Shown piece by piece: positions 9,646 through 18,992 of a stretch of DNA of 44,281 bases. Made by a program: the position numbers and the translations under genes. How positions within the stretch are numbered: position 1 is the first letter of the stretch; the number at the start of each line of letters is the position of its first letter. The DNA comes from Chloroflexota bacterium (GTDB taxonomy: Bacteria; Patescibacteriota; Saccharimonadia; Saccharimonadales; Saccharimonadaceae). The notes beneath the pieces are model-generated. The model did not search any database. It had not been told where the DNA came from and saw only the letters and a program-made list of their open reading frames with translations. The stretch covers positions 1-44,281 of the forward strand of contig SEAL01000020.1 of NCBI GenBank assembly GCA_004145215.1, given 5' to 3'.

Positions 9646-9867
9646 TTATGCAGGAAGAAGAAGTCCTGTCAGAATTGATAGTACGAATATGACAGCAAGT
9701 ACAATTGTCGCTTCAAATAAGTTCTTATCAAGTCCACGACGGGTCGTATACAGTTCGCCAGAACTACCGAATCCGGCGCCAAGAGACGCACCACGTTGCT
9801 GTAGCAAGATGCTCGCGATCATCAGTACGGCTGATCCGATCGTCAAAAACTGTAAAATGTTATCCAT
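9646..9867 (-). CDS. secG: Preprotein translocase subunit SecG
   Basis: 73 aa with two TM helices and the SecG-typical LLQQRGASLGAGFGSSG loop. Confidence 0.85.
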   Translation of the reverse strand: MDNILQFLTIGSAVLMIASILLQQRGASLGAGFGSSGELYTTRRGLDKNLFEATIVLAVIFVLSILTGLLLPA

Positions 9868-10262
9868 TAGATTCTCTCCTGTTTATTGCGGCTATAGCCG
9901 AGCTCTAGCGCGCTACTTACTATATAGTTTATCAGACTCAGTATCATTCCCGTAAGAATTGAGTTGAAAAAGCTCATCTTTAGGTCTGGTGTCAGTGCTA
10001 GTGATATATAAACCATCAGTCCGTTTACGACAATGATAAACAATCCTAATGTCACTAGAATTGCTGGCAATGACAGTATAATCACAATCGGCCGCAACAC
10101 TCCGTTGATAATAGAAAAGATCAATCCCGCAAACAGGAACACCGCAAACCCAGCATCAACCTGGGCATCGCTATACCCATCACCTAAAAGTCGCACGGCT
10201 ATCCATAGGCCGAAAGAGTTTAGTACCCACCTGACAAGAAAAACAGCAAACTGACGTCTCAT
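9867..10262 (-). CDS. Phage holin family 4 / DUF360 (YvlD-like) membrane protein
   Basis: 131 aa, four TM helices. The INGVLRPIVIILSLPAILVTLGLFIIVVNGLM core is typical of this family. Confidence 0.65.
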   Translation of the reverse strand: MRRQFAVFLVRWVLNSFGLWIAVRLLGDGYSDAQVDAGFAVFLFAGLIFSIINGVLRPIVIILSLPAILVTLGLFIIVVNGLMVYISLALTPDLKMSFFNSILTGMILSLINYIVSSALELGYSRNKQERI

Positions 10263-10285
10263 ATAATACTTTTCATTATACGGAT

Positions 10286-11506
10286 TTACGACAGATCTGT
10301 CGAGAGTTTCACGCTGAGGTTACGATGGCCATTTGATGTAATCAGAATATCGTCTTCGATACGAACGCCTACGCCTTCGTCTGGCACATAGACGCCAGGT
10401 TCAACTGTCACGACCATGCCGGGTTTGAATTCTGTATGTCGACCCAGACTATCGTGGACGTCAACACCCAGTCCATGCCCTACGGAGTGTGGAAAATAAC
10501 GGCGATAGGTAGTGTCGTCAGAAGTATCATGAAGCAGTCCAACGTCCATCAAGGTTTGCTTCATAATCTGATCGACTAACTGGTAATATCGGCTCATCTG
10601 CAAACCCGGCTGCAATAGCGTAATGATCCGTTTTTGTGCATCAGCAACTGCTTGATGCAACTGCCTTTGGCGCTTGGTCGGTTCTCCAACGGCATAGGTG
10701 CGTGTTATATCGGCCGCATATCCATCAACCCGAGCCCCGACGTCCATCAATAATAACGAGCCTCGTTTCAACCGAGCTTGATTAGCATCATAATGCAATG
10801 TACACGCGTTGCCACCACCAGCAATAATCGGATCATAGGCATGTCCCACTGCACCGGATGCGCGAAATTCATGGGTGAACAATGCTTCGATTTCATACTC
10901 GAATTTATAGACGGTCAGATTATCACGTACTAGTTCGAACGCGTGGTTCGTCAGATTGATAGCCGATTGAATGGCGGCGACTTCACTGGCGGATTTGATC
11001 GCACGAACCGTCGCCAGTTCGCTACGAAAATCTTCGACTTTCTGGAACGTGCGCTCGAGCAATTCTTTTAGTTCACGAATGCTAGGGTTCAGAGAAAACC
11101 CGAAATGCTCGTGATGGGCAGGTATACCGACTGTCGATACAAAACGATGCTTTCGGGCAGTTTGACGCAGCAGCTCTAGCGCTTTCGTACGATCAATAAT
11201 GTCGTGAATACCGCTGATGGATTTGGCGTCTGTAGCAGAAAGACTACCGTCGAACAATGCGTGAGTTTTGTCGACAACCGGCATTACGAGCCAGGATTTG
11301 CGCCTGGCACCATCCAGGATTATCCACCAATCCGGATGAGTGATGCCGCTCAGATACCAAAAGTTCGCTTCTTGCTCGAATTTGAATGCCGTATCATTAC
11401 TACGCTGCATCTTTCCGTAGCCAGCCGCGACCAACACCCCACCCTGTAGCGCCTCGAAAACGGTGTCTCGGTTTTCAGTAAAAAATGAATGATTCAGCGC
11501 AGCCAT
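10286..11506 (-). CDS. pepP: Xaa-Pro aminopeptidase, M24B family
   Basis: 406 aa. Metal-ligand blocks MDVGARVDGYAADITRT, HSVGHGLGVDVHD, VVTVEPGVY and VRIEDDILIT are present. Confidence 0.85.
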   Translation of the reverse strand: MAALNHSFFTENRDTVFEALQGGVLVAAGYGKMQRSNDTAFKFEQEANFWYLSGITHPDWWIILDGARRKSWLVMPVVDKTHALFDGSLSATDAKSISGIHDIIDRTKALELLRQTARKHRFVSTVGIPAHHEHFGFSLNPSIRELKELLERTFQKVEDFRSELATVRAIKSASEVAAIQSAINLTNHAFELVRDNLTVYKFEYEIEALFTHEFRASGAVGHAYDPIIAGGGNACTLHYDANQARLKRGSLLLMDVGARVDGYAADITRTYAVGEPTKRQRQLHQAVADAQKRIITLLQPGLQMSRYYQLVDQIMKQTLMDVGLLHDTSDDTTYRRYFPHSVGHGLGVDVHDSLGRHTEFKPGMVVTVEPGVYVPDEGVGVRIEDDILITSNGHRNLSVKLSTDLS

Positions 11507-11534
11507 AGATCTATTCCTAGACTATCACATGCTA

Positions 11535-13082
11535 CTACAAATACGGCGTAATTGACTTGGCTTTTGCGTCGCCGATAACTTCGGCTATCTGATCTGCGCT
11601 CGCCGACTTCAGGCCACGCAAACTTCCAAAGGTTTTAATCAATTTTTTACGAGTTGCTGGACCGATACCTGGAATTTCTTCGAGGCTACTAGCTGTTTGC
11701 TTTTGTCGTTTCAGAACAGTATGATAACTGATTGCAAATCGGTGCGATTCATCACGGATACGCTGGAATAATTTGACGACATCGGAATAGGCATTTACTA
11801 GCGGCGCCCCGCGCAGATTTTTGGAGTGCGACGAAGCATTACGCTGTCCAGCGTGTAAATTCACGACGTAATAGTCGCCCGAGCTTTCAACAAACACACC
11901 CTCGGTCGGCCGTTCGATCAGTGATTTAATGACCGACGTATCGATATTTGATCGTGTTTTGTGGACAATGATTTCTTCTTCACGCTTGGCGATACTAAAT
12001 ATTGGATAATTCACGCCAGATACCTCCATCGCACGAATCGCCGAATCCAGCTGACCCTTGCCTCCGTCGATCAATAATAGATCGGGTGCGCCCCAGGCTT
12101 TCAGGTTTTTCTCGCTCATTCGTCGCTGCAGTGTTTCGTTCATATTGTAGGTATCGTTATTCTGCTCGATCTTTGTTTTGAATTTGCGATATTCTGCACG
12201 ATCACTGACGCCATTAGTAAATACCACCATACTCGCCACAACGTTCGTTCCGCCCATGTGACTAATGTCATACCCTTCGATACGAACAGGTATTTTGGGT
12301 AAATTCAATAAATCCTTTAGGTCACTGAGTGCGCGGTCCTTGCTGATATCCAAAAATTCTCGGTCGCCAAACATAATGCGTCGCTGCAGTTCACCCAAAT
12401 CACGTAACTTGTTGCGTAGACCTGCTGCTGCTTCGAAATCGTGTAATCCGGCAGCAGTCTTCATGTCGCGTTCAATTTCTAATGCCAATGTTTTTCGTCC
12501 ACCCTCGAAATATTTGATCAGTTTTCGCAGCGTTGCTTTGTACTCAGGGCTGGTTGTTCCTGGCTTTGGACTCAGGCCAATATGCGAATCAAGGTCTGGA
12601 CGGCCACCCACTTTCGGTGGTTTTGTGTAGTACGGAAATATTTTACGTAGATAACGCAGTGCTTTTTTGACGGCGAATGCATTATAGTACGGGCCGAAAT
12701 ATTCGGCGCCGTCATCAGCTGGGTTGCGCGTAAAACACACACACGGCCATTCGCTCTTCATATCAATTCGTACGAACGTTTGTGATTTATCATCACGCAG
12801 CAGAATGTTATAACGTGGCATATAGCGCTTGACCATTTCGGATTCCAAAAACAATGCATCAATTTCTGATTCCGTTTCGGTCCAATCCGTATCGTGAATT
12901 TCTGCAACCAGTGCGCGTGTTTTGATATCCATGTCTCGCGTTGACTGAAAGTACTGTCTAACTCGGTTTTTGAGTACAGCCGCTTTGCCAATATAAATAA
13001 TCTCTCCAGTGATAGATTTATGGAAATACACACCACTACTACGTGGCAATGTCTTTAATTTTGTTTCAAGCGCTGTATTCAT
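11535..13082 (-). CDS. uvrC: Excinuclease ABC subunit C (compact form)
   Basis: Domains seen: GIY-YIG N-terminus (SGVYFHKS...IIYIGKAAVLKNRVRQY), UVR domain (DFEAAAGLRNKLRDL), RNase-H-like endonuclease domain (RIEGYDISHMGG) and a C-terminal HhH (EIPGIGPATRKKLIKTFGS). Confidence 0.9.
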   Translation of the reverse strand: MNTALETKLKTLPRSSGVYFHKSITGEIIYIGKAAVLKNRVRQYFQSTRDMDIKTRALVAEIHDTDWTETESEIDALFLESEMVKRYMPRYNILLRDDKSQTFVRIDMKSEWPCVCFTRNPADDGAEYFGPYYNAFAVKKALRYLRKIFPYYTKPPKVGGRPDLDSHIGLSPKPGTTSPEYKATLRKLIKYFEGGRKTLALEIERDMKTAAGLHDFEAAAGLRNKLRDLGELQRRIMFGDREFLDISKDRALSDLKDLLNLPKIPVRIEGYDISHMGGTNVVASMVVFTNGVSDRAEYRKFKTKIEQNNDTYNMNETLQRRMSEKNLKAWGAPDLLLIDGGKGQLDSAIRAMEVSGVNYPIFSIAKREEEIIVHKTRSNIDTSVIKSLIERPTEGVFVESSGDYYVVNLHAGQRNASSHSKNLRGAPLVNAYSDVVKLFQRIRDESHRFAISYHTVLKRQKQTASSLEEIPGIGPATRKKLIKTFGSLRGLKSASADQIAEVIGDAKAKSITPYL

Positions 13083-13108
13083 CTACTACTAGTATACCAA
13101 GTTGCGAA

Positions 13109-14314
13109 CTAATTGCCCTCGGCGAGCTTGTCAGTGTCGTCTGATACTGGACTCTCGGAATGCTTTTGAGTAAACGGTACGACCTTAGCTTCGATCGCTG
13201 CGTCGTATTTTTGCGGTTCTTGATTTGGATTGGCATGACCAGTATCCATACGGGCGACCATCAATGCAGTTTCATTTTCAACACGAGATTCTAACAGGTG
13301 ACTTTGGGTGTAATCATTGTCGACAACTTGATCAGCCGAGGCGTCAGTTGGCCGCATAAATACGATAACTGGCAGTATTTTGCCATCTTTTATCTGCGCT
13401 AGCGCTCGCAAATTATCCCTCGCTCCAGATGTCGCAATAGCAGCGAACTGCATTTCAATTAGCCCGTTGCTGGCAACGCCTTCATTGAATATCTTTTCGC
13501 GTAGCACTTCATCGACTACATCAGCCAATGCACCAAAGTCGACGCTAGGTACTAATGATGAGTCGGCTGTTAAAAATCGATCCTTGCGCGCACCGACTTC
13601 GACAACCGTTCGCAATGATCGGCTCTCACGTGCACCTGGAATCCACCCCATCCAACGCATCATTTCCTGCCCCCTACTTCGTTCTTCTGGTCGCACCGCG
13701 TCTAGATTGATTGGCGTGCAGTCCAATACAACCGCCATCAAATCTAAATCAGTTTCTTCATAAATATAGTTGGCAACTTCGAGTCCGATAATACCACCCA
13801 TACTATGTCCAACGATCGCTATTGAATCGATATTATTCGCCTCGGCCTTTTCTTCGACAATTTGCGCAATGACTGTCGTATCGATACCACTATTATCGTA
13901 TTGCACCGCCCATACATCCCCAATTTCCGCCAACGACGGTAACGACGATGCAGTTTGGGATGCGTCCAAATTACCCAACCCGACTAGGTCAACGACTGCT
14001 GTCGTATTTGCAGGATCAGTTGCATGATATATTTCATGAATTTCCGGCTGCGTCTGAGCTAATCGCTCACGTTCGGGTAAGACATCATGCACCCAATACT
14101 GTGCGCCCACAACTGACGCCGCTGCGCCAACCGCCAACCCTGACAATGCAATCCGCCCTGCAGTACGAACGACAATACCTCTTTCATCGAGGCTATGACC
14201 TGTCCTCGTTTCATGTAATCGCTGCTTTCTGCGCTCATCGTCGTAATCACTCACCGTTGTTTCCGGTCGAGTCATTCCGCCGGTAGGTCGAAACTCAGGA
14301 TTCTTCATAAACAT
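13109..14314 (-). CDS. Alpha/beta hydrolase (lipase/esterase-like), membrane anchored
   Basis: 401 aa with an N-terminal TM helix and the nucleophile elbow IVGHSMGG. Confidence 0.6.
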   Translation of the reverse strand: MFMKNPEFRPTGGMTRPETTVSDYDDERRKQRLHETRTGHSLDERGIVVRTAGRIALSGLAVGAAASVVGAQYWVHDVLPERERLAQTQPEIHEIYHATDPANTTAVVDLVGLGNLDASQTASSLPSLAEIGDVWAVQYDNSGIDTTVIAQIVEEKAEANNIDSIAIVGHSMGGIIGLEVANYIYEETDLDLMAVVLDCTPINLDAVRPEERSRGQEMMRWMGWIPGARESRSLRTVVEVGARKDRFLTADSSLVPSVDFGALADVVDEVLREKIFNEGVASNGLIEMQFAAIATSGARDNLRALAQIKDGKILPVIVFMRPTDASADQVVDNDYTQSHLLESRVENETALMVARMDTGHANPNQEPQKYDAAIEAKVVPFTQKHSESPVSDDTDKLAEGN

Positions 14315-14364
14315 TTGTCCATAATTATACGCCCTTGCCGACTCTTTGCTATACTAAATAGAGC

Positions 14365-15126
14365 ATGTTACAACAATTACGTTTATTCCGAATCTTTATT
14401 ATTGCCCTGATTGCATCCGTTGCTGTCGTTATTATCAAATATCTCCTTCACGACTTTGACCTAGAACCCATTGAACAAAGCTCGCTCCACAATAGTGTTT
14501 CGTCCGGCGTCTTTTTTGTAGTCGGGTTCATCCTGTCTGCGACGATTGCTGATTACAAAGAAAGCGAGCGTATTCCCGCAGATTTCGCATCCAGCGCCGA
14601 AAACCTATACGAAGACGCCAAGGCAATTCACGAAAGCTACCCTGATTTTGACCTAAAGGGACTCGGCGAGCAGTTGACGACAATCCTGTCATCATTCAAC
14701 AGTGATGTACGAAAAAAATCGCATAGTTCTCGTGACCATATTCACGCGTTAAATCCATATTTTTCACAAATGGAAAAAGCCGGCGTACCTGCGAATTTTA
14801 TCGTCAAATTAAAACAACAGCAAAATGGCATGCTGCGTAATGTGTTTCGTGTAAATTACATTCAGCGCATCAAATTTATACCATCTGCAACCATATTGGC
14901 GCGATCAATTGTCGTTCTATTGATAGTTATGCTGACGCTAACAAACGTCGACCCATTCTATGGCGGTCTAGTCATCGTTGGATTAATCACATTTATTCTG
15001 ACCTATATGTTGATACTGATTCAAGTAATCAGTACACCATTCCATGCCGAAGGTAAAACACGCGACGACGTCAGCCTTTTCCTACTGACGGACGTCAACC
15101 GTCACATCGGCAAACGAAACAGCTAA
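14365..15126 (+). CDS. Hypothetical integral membrane protein (possibly bestrophin/DUF4239-like)
   Basis: 253-aa ORF with about four hydrophobic helices (two N-terminal, two C-terminal). The family assignment is only a guess. Confidence 0.5.
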   Translation: MLQQLRLFRIFIIALIASVAVVIIKYLLHDFDLEPIEQSSLHNSVSSGVFFVVGFILSATIADYKESERIPADFASSAENLYEDAKAIHESYPDFDLKGLGEQLTTILSSFNSDVRKKSHSSRDHIHALNPYFSQMEKAGVPANFIVKLKQQQNGMLRNVFRVNYIQRIKFIPSATILARSIVVLLIVMLTLTNVDPFYGGLVIVGLITFILTYMLILIQVISTPFHAEGKTRDDVSLFLLTDVNRHIGKRNS

Positions 15127-15524
15127 GCGATCTGGTGCGCTCCTAACGACCACTGTGCTAATTTTTGCTCGGCAGATTTTCTGACGTATGATTTCAAAAT
15201 ATTAGCATGAAATGCAGCGACTTGATCATATGCGTGTACTTGAATACTCGACATATCTGGCACCCCCGCGGGCTGCTCGTACCAGGCAACGGCGGTGTCG
15301 ATATATGCTGAATGTGAATGTGACGTCAGCCAATGCACTGACGCGTTAGTTTGCTGTTGCCAATCCATAATATGATTTTCGTCGGTCATTTCTAGACATC
15401 CATGCGATAACAATAGCGGAAGGATTTGCCGTGCAACGCAGTGGTCCCAGCCGTGAAACCCATACATTCTTTGACTGCCCAATTCTGGCAAAACAATGCG
15501 CTCAAATGATGCAGGCGACGACAT
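15123..15524 (-). CDS. Hypothetical protein
   Basis: 133-aa ORF filling the gap between neighbouring genes. No motif recognised. Confidence 0.4.
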   Translation of the reverse strand: MSSPASFERIVLPELGSQRMYGFHGWDHCVARQILPLLLSHGCLEMTDENHIMDWQQQTNASVHWLTSHSHSAYIDTAVAWYEQPAGVPDMSSIQVHAYDQVAAFHANILKSYVRKSAEQKLAQWSLGAHQIA

Positions 15525-15572
15525 TATGCATTTAGCATACGCTTAATCGGTCTTGCTGTCTATAATATTTTA

Positions 15573-16316
15573 CTATGCAGTCACGACACCGAATAACGAA
15601 CCGATTCCATACGTTACACCTGCGGCGAGCAGAATAATGACAAGCTGACGTATAGCTCCGTATGTCAGGCCTTTACCGCTTGAGCGTGCGGTATAGCCGC
15701 CGACGAGCAGACCGCCCAGGCAAGTAAGACTGATAGCCATTACTATTCCTATTATCGAATTGAACCCAAGAATCCATGGTAGCAATGGGACCATCGATCC
15801 TGCGACGAAGAGTAAAAATGATGAAGCTGCCGCTCGCCACGGTGATCCGAGCTCACTCTCGTTAATGCCGATTACTTCTGCAGAGTACATCGACACCAAT
15901 TGAGCATCTTTGCGAGCAACATCCCCCGCTGCATGGTCGGCCGTTTTTCTATCGATACCGTGTCGTTCGAAATTGTCTGCCAGATCGGCAATCAACTGCT
16001 GCCGATTCCGTTTCATCTCTGTTTTCAAATCAGATAGGACGCCCTCGAATAACTCGACTTGAGCTTTCACTGATATCCATTCACCTGCCGCCATCGATAA
16101 CGCGCCAGCTAACAATCCAGCAAGACCTGCCGTCAGTACCGCTTGTGAAGACCCGCCCGCAGCAGCAACACCTACGACGAGACATAATGTGCTGACTAGC
16201 CCATCGTTCACGCCTAATACCGCTGCGCGCGCACTGCCGCGCTGGACTTGCGCTGCACGCTTCACTAAACTATTAGCCGTCCCGCGCGTATTTAGTTTTG
16301 ATTCAACAACATTCAT
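15573..16316 (-). CDS. VIT1/CCC1 family iron/manganese transporter
   Basis: 247 aa. Contains the VIT signature AAVLGVNDGLVSTLCLVVGVAAAG, a central cytoplasmic helical domain and C-terminal TM helices. Confidence 0.8.
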   Translation of the reverse strand: MNVVESKLNTRGTANSLVKRAAQVQRGSARAAVLGVNDGLVSTLCLVVGVAAAGGSSQAVLTAGLAGLLAGALSMAAGEWISVKAQVELFEGVLSDLKTEMKRNRQQLIADLADNFERHGIDRKTADHAAGDVARKDAQLVSMYSAEVIGINESELGSPWRAAASSFLLFVAGSMVPLLPWILGFNSIIGIVMAISLTCLGGLLVGGYTARSSGKGLTYGAIRQLVIILLAAGVTYGIGSLFGVVTA

Positions 16317-16350
16317 ATTAATTCAGTATGACACCAGCTTGTTGATGTCG

Positions 16351-16665
16351 CTACTCTATTCTCTGCGAGATTTGAGACACCAGTTCATGCGGATTGTCGA
16401 CTTGCATCTGGATCATGTCGAACTTTGTCGGATCATCCGGGTGTTGTCGTAATGTAATTGTCAGAACATCAGCAGGCCCTGCGGATACTGATTCAATGTC
16501 TCTGTACGAAAATGACGATGCTTTATGCAATGATGCGATCGCGTTCAGGCCCTTCATCTTCACTGTAAACATATCAACACCGAGTGCAATCGATCGATTC
16601 GGCGTATACACCCGCTGCACATATTGCTGCGCCGTGTCTCGTAATTTCTTTATCGTCTCATTCAT
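16351..16665 (-). CDS. Hypothetical protein
   Basis: 104-aa ORF tightly packed with the downstream gene. No motif recognised. Confidence 0.45.
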   Translation of the reverse strand: MNETIKKLRDTAQQYVQRVYTPNRSIALGVDMFTVKMKGLNAIASLHKASSFSYRDIESVSAGPADVLTITLRQHPDDPTKFDMIQMQVDNPHELVSQISQRIE

Positions 16666-16666
16666 T

Positions 16667-17203
16667 CTAAAATAGCTCGATTATCTTTTTTGTCGTATTA
16701 AAATTGCGTACAGTCATATCTCTATAGATGGGCAGGCTTGCCAGTTTGCCACTTCGTGCCTTCGAAAATTGCGCGAATTCAATCGCTTGGAACACCACAC
16801 CTTTCGCTGCAATCAAAATCTCTATGTCAGACTGCAATTCTCCAACTTGCTGCAGAACATGGGATTCCATACCGGGTCGCAGCATGAATAACGTATTATA
16901 CTTCCAGTCCGGCTTCGCACCCCAATCCCGCGGGATACTCGCTTGCAGCTGATCTATATCCGATTTATTCAGCACAACAACCTTGGCGTTTAGCGTGAAA
17001 TCGTCGAGTAACAGAGATTCGATCGCACTAGCCAAAGATGATGTATCAGCAATTTTGGATTCAAAAAATACATTCCCACTATTGATATATGTACGGACCG
17101 ATTCGTAGCCAGCCCGTTCCATGGATAGCTTTAAATCACTCATTTTTATCAGCGATTTCCCGCCAACATTGATGCCCCTCAATAGGGCGACGTATTTCGC
17201 CAT
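16667..17203 (-). CDS. DUF1697 domain protein
   Basis: The N-terminus MAKYVALLRGINVGGKSLIKMSDLK is the characteristic DUF1697 opening. Confidence 0.75.
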   Translation of the reverse strand: MAKYVALLRGINVGGKSLIKMSDLKLSMERAGYESVRTYINSGNVFFESKIADTSSLASAIESLLLDDFTLNAKVVVLNKSDIDQLQASIPRDWGAKPDWKYNTLFMLRPGMESHVLQQVGELQSDIEILIAAKGVVFQAIEFAQFSKARSGKLASLPIYRDMTVRNFNTTKKIIELF

Positions 17204-17209
17204 CTGGAA

Positions 17210-17875
17210 TTAGTTCTTGATCTCGACGCCTGCAAGGATTACCTCGCCAGTCACATACAGTGTTGGCGCATTTTTGCTAACATCTTGATCAGTACCATCT
17301 TCGACGCCACCTAATATAGCTGATGTCTGGTTTTTTACGATGACATTATGCGGCACTTTAATTTCAACACCGCCCATCAATGAAAACACTTCAATCGTTG
17401 CATCATGCTTGATCACGGCTTTGCGCAGATCTAGCTCGACGCCACCTAATATAGCCGTTATCTTACTTCCTTTGAAATCTTCGGATCGGTTTTTTTGCTG
17501 ACTACCGCCCAGTACAGCACGAATATCATCACGCTCTTCACGACTAACTAGCTGGCGAGCACTCGAGCGATTAACGAGTATCGAGACTCCTACTGCAACG
17601 ATAACCAATGGCCAAAAGAATTGCCATGGACTGACGGTCACAATATCTAATTCTCGTAACTGCAGTGCGACACCGAAAGCCAAAACGATCAGCGCCCAAA
17701 TGTAATTCTTGATGTCATTTACTAGTATCAATATACCGGCAATGATTATAGCGAGAGGCCACCAAGTGCCGATAAAATCACCAAAATTAAATACATTTAG
17801 ATTGCCCAGCAGCAGCCCTAGACCTATCGCAATAATACCTATACCTGTGACGAATCGAGTGATATTTTTATCCAT
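17210..17875 (-). CDS. LiaF-like / cell-wall-active-antibiotic response membrane protein
   Basis: Four N-terminal TM helices, then a repeated GGVE beta motif (ILGGVELDL, LMGGVEIKV, ILGGVED, LAGVEIKN) as in the LiaF C-terminal domain. Confidence 0.55.
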   Translation of the reverse strand: MDKNITRFVTGIGIIAIGLGLLLGNLNVFNFGDFIGTWWPLAIIIAGILILVNDIKNYIWALIVLAFGVALQLRELDIVTVSPWQFFWPLVIVAVGVSILVNRSSARQLVSREERDDIRAVLGGSQQKNRSEDFKGSKITAILGGVELDLRKAVIKHDATIEVFSLMGGVEIKVPHNVIVKNQTSAILGGVEDGTDQDVSKNAPTLYVTGEVILAGVEIKN

Positions 17876-17925
17876 ATATGTATCATACGCTAGTACAATC
17901 TGAGAGACAACTTGAACGAGTGATT

Positions 17926-18831
17926 TTACGCGGTTGCACCAATGAGCGATTTGTCACGACAGAGTTCTGTGTGAAATAACAGGTCGGGATTTTGCTTGCA
18001 GTTCAGGCAAATTAACACCAGGTCGTTACAATTGGCCCATGCACAATTTTCAAAGTTATTCGTCGGGCCATCGCAATGACTGCATTTACCGATCGTTTTT
18101 GTATGATCACTAAAATCAACGGTCATACGATTATCGAACACTCGAAGCGATCCTTCCCATAACCCGTCGTCCCCGTATGACTCGCCGTATTTCACAATAC
18201 CACCGTCAATCTGATACACATCAGTAAAGCCGCGTTTTTTCATCATCGCAGAAATCACTTCACAACGAATGCCGCCCGTGCAGTAGGTAACAACTTTTTT
18301 ATTTTTAATATCGTTATATTTGTCGCTTTCGAGCTCTGCGATAAAATCACGCGACGTATTCGTATTCGGAACGATGGCATTTTTGAACTTACCGATTTTT
18401 GCTTCGTGTTCGTTACGTCCATCAAAGAACACGACATCGTCACCGTATTTTTCGACCAGTTCGTGGATTTGTTTCGGCTTTAAATGCTTGCCGCCACCAA
18501 CGACACCATTGTCATCAACAGTAAATTCATCGTCACTATTTTTAAATCCAACTAGTTCACGACGAGCTTTGACGCTCATCCTGGGAAAATCTTCTCGCGA
18601 GCCCTCGCTCCACTTAAAAACGATGTCCTTAAATCCAGTCAGTTCTTTGGTTGCTTTAATGTACTTTTTCAAATCATCCATGTCACCACCAACAGTCCCG
18701 TTTAGCCCGTGTTCGCTAATCAGAATCCGACCACGCAAATTCAACCCATCGCAGAGTGTTTTTTGCCATAGCGTAACGGCCTGAGGGTCTTTGATTGGGG
18801 TGAATTTGTAGTACAGAAGTATCTTTTGCAT
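17926..18831 (-). CDS. trhO: Rhodanese-domain tRNA uridine(34) hydroxylase (UPF0176/YceA family)
   Basis: The LLYYKFTPIKDP...GRILISEHGLNGTVGG N-terminus, the rhodanese active-site loop YCTGGIRCE and a Cys-rich C-terminus all match. Confidence 0.85.
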   Translation of the reverse strand: MQKILLYYKFTPIKDPQAVTLWQKTLCDGLNLRGRILISEHGLNGTVGGDMDDLKKYIKATKELTGFKDIVFKWSEGSREDFPRMSVKARRELVGFKNSDDEFTVDDNGVVGGGKHLKPKQIHELVEKYGDDVVFFDGRNEHEAKIGKFKNAIVPNTNTSRDFIAELESDKYNDIKNKKVVTYCTGGIRCEVISAMMKKRGFTDVYQIDGGIVKYGESYGDDGLWEGSLRVFDNRMTVDFSDHTKTIGKCSHCDGPTNNFENCAWANCNDLVLICLNCKQNPDLLFHTELCRDKSLIGATA

Positions 18832-18875
18832 CGACAGCTATTATACCATAATAACTTGCTTGCATCACGCACGTA

Positions 18876-18930
18876 TTGCAGCGCCCGTATCAGCATGATA
18901 AAGTATAAATACTATGATCCGAATCGGATC
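18876..18930 (+). promoter_or_regulatory. Putative promoter plus operator-like dyad upstream of the ABC exporter
   Basis: TTGCAG (18876-81), 17 nt, TAAAGT (18899-904) with TG at -15/-14. A perfect 7-1-7 dyad, GATCCGA-A-TCGGATC (18916-18930), follows just past the predicted start site. Confidence 0.35.
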
Positions 18931-18992
18931 CTCTACTCGCTAACGTTTCATCGAAACCACTAGCAATCTCGAATACACTACCTAGAAAGGAA

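Noticed and set aside
18320-18784. 154-aa plus-strand ORF inside trhO
   Set aside because: Antisense shadow ORF with a Ser/Pro/Thr-rich low-complexity translation, fully nested in a conserved gene. The same reasoning applies to 13380-13763, 33774-34205 and 38794-39303.
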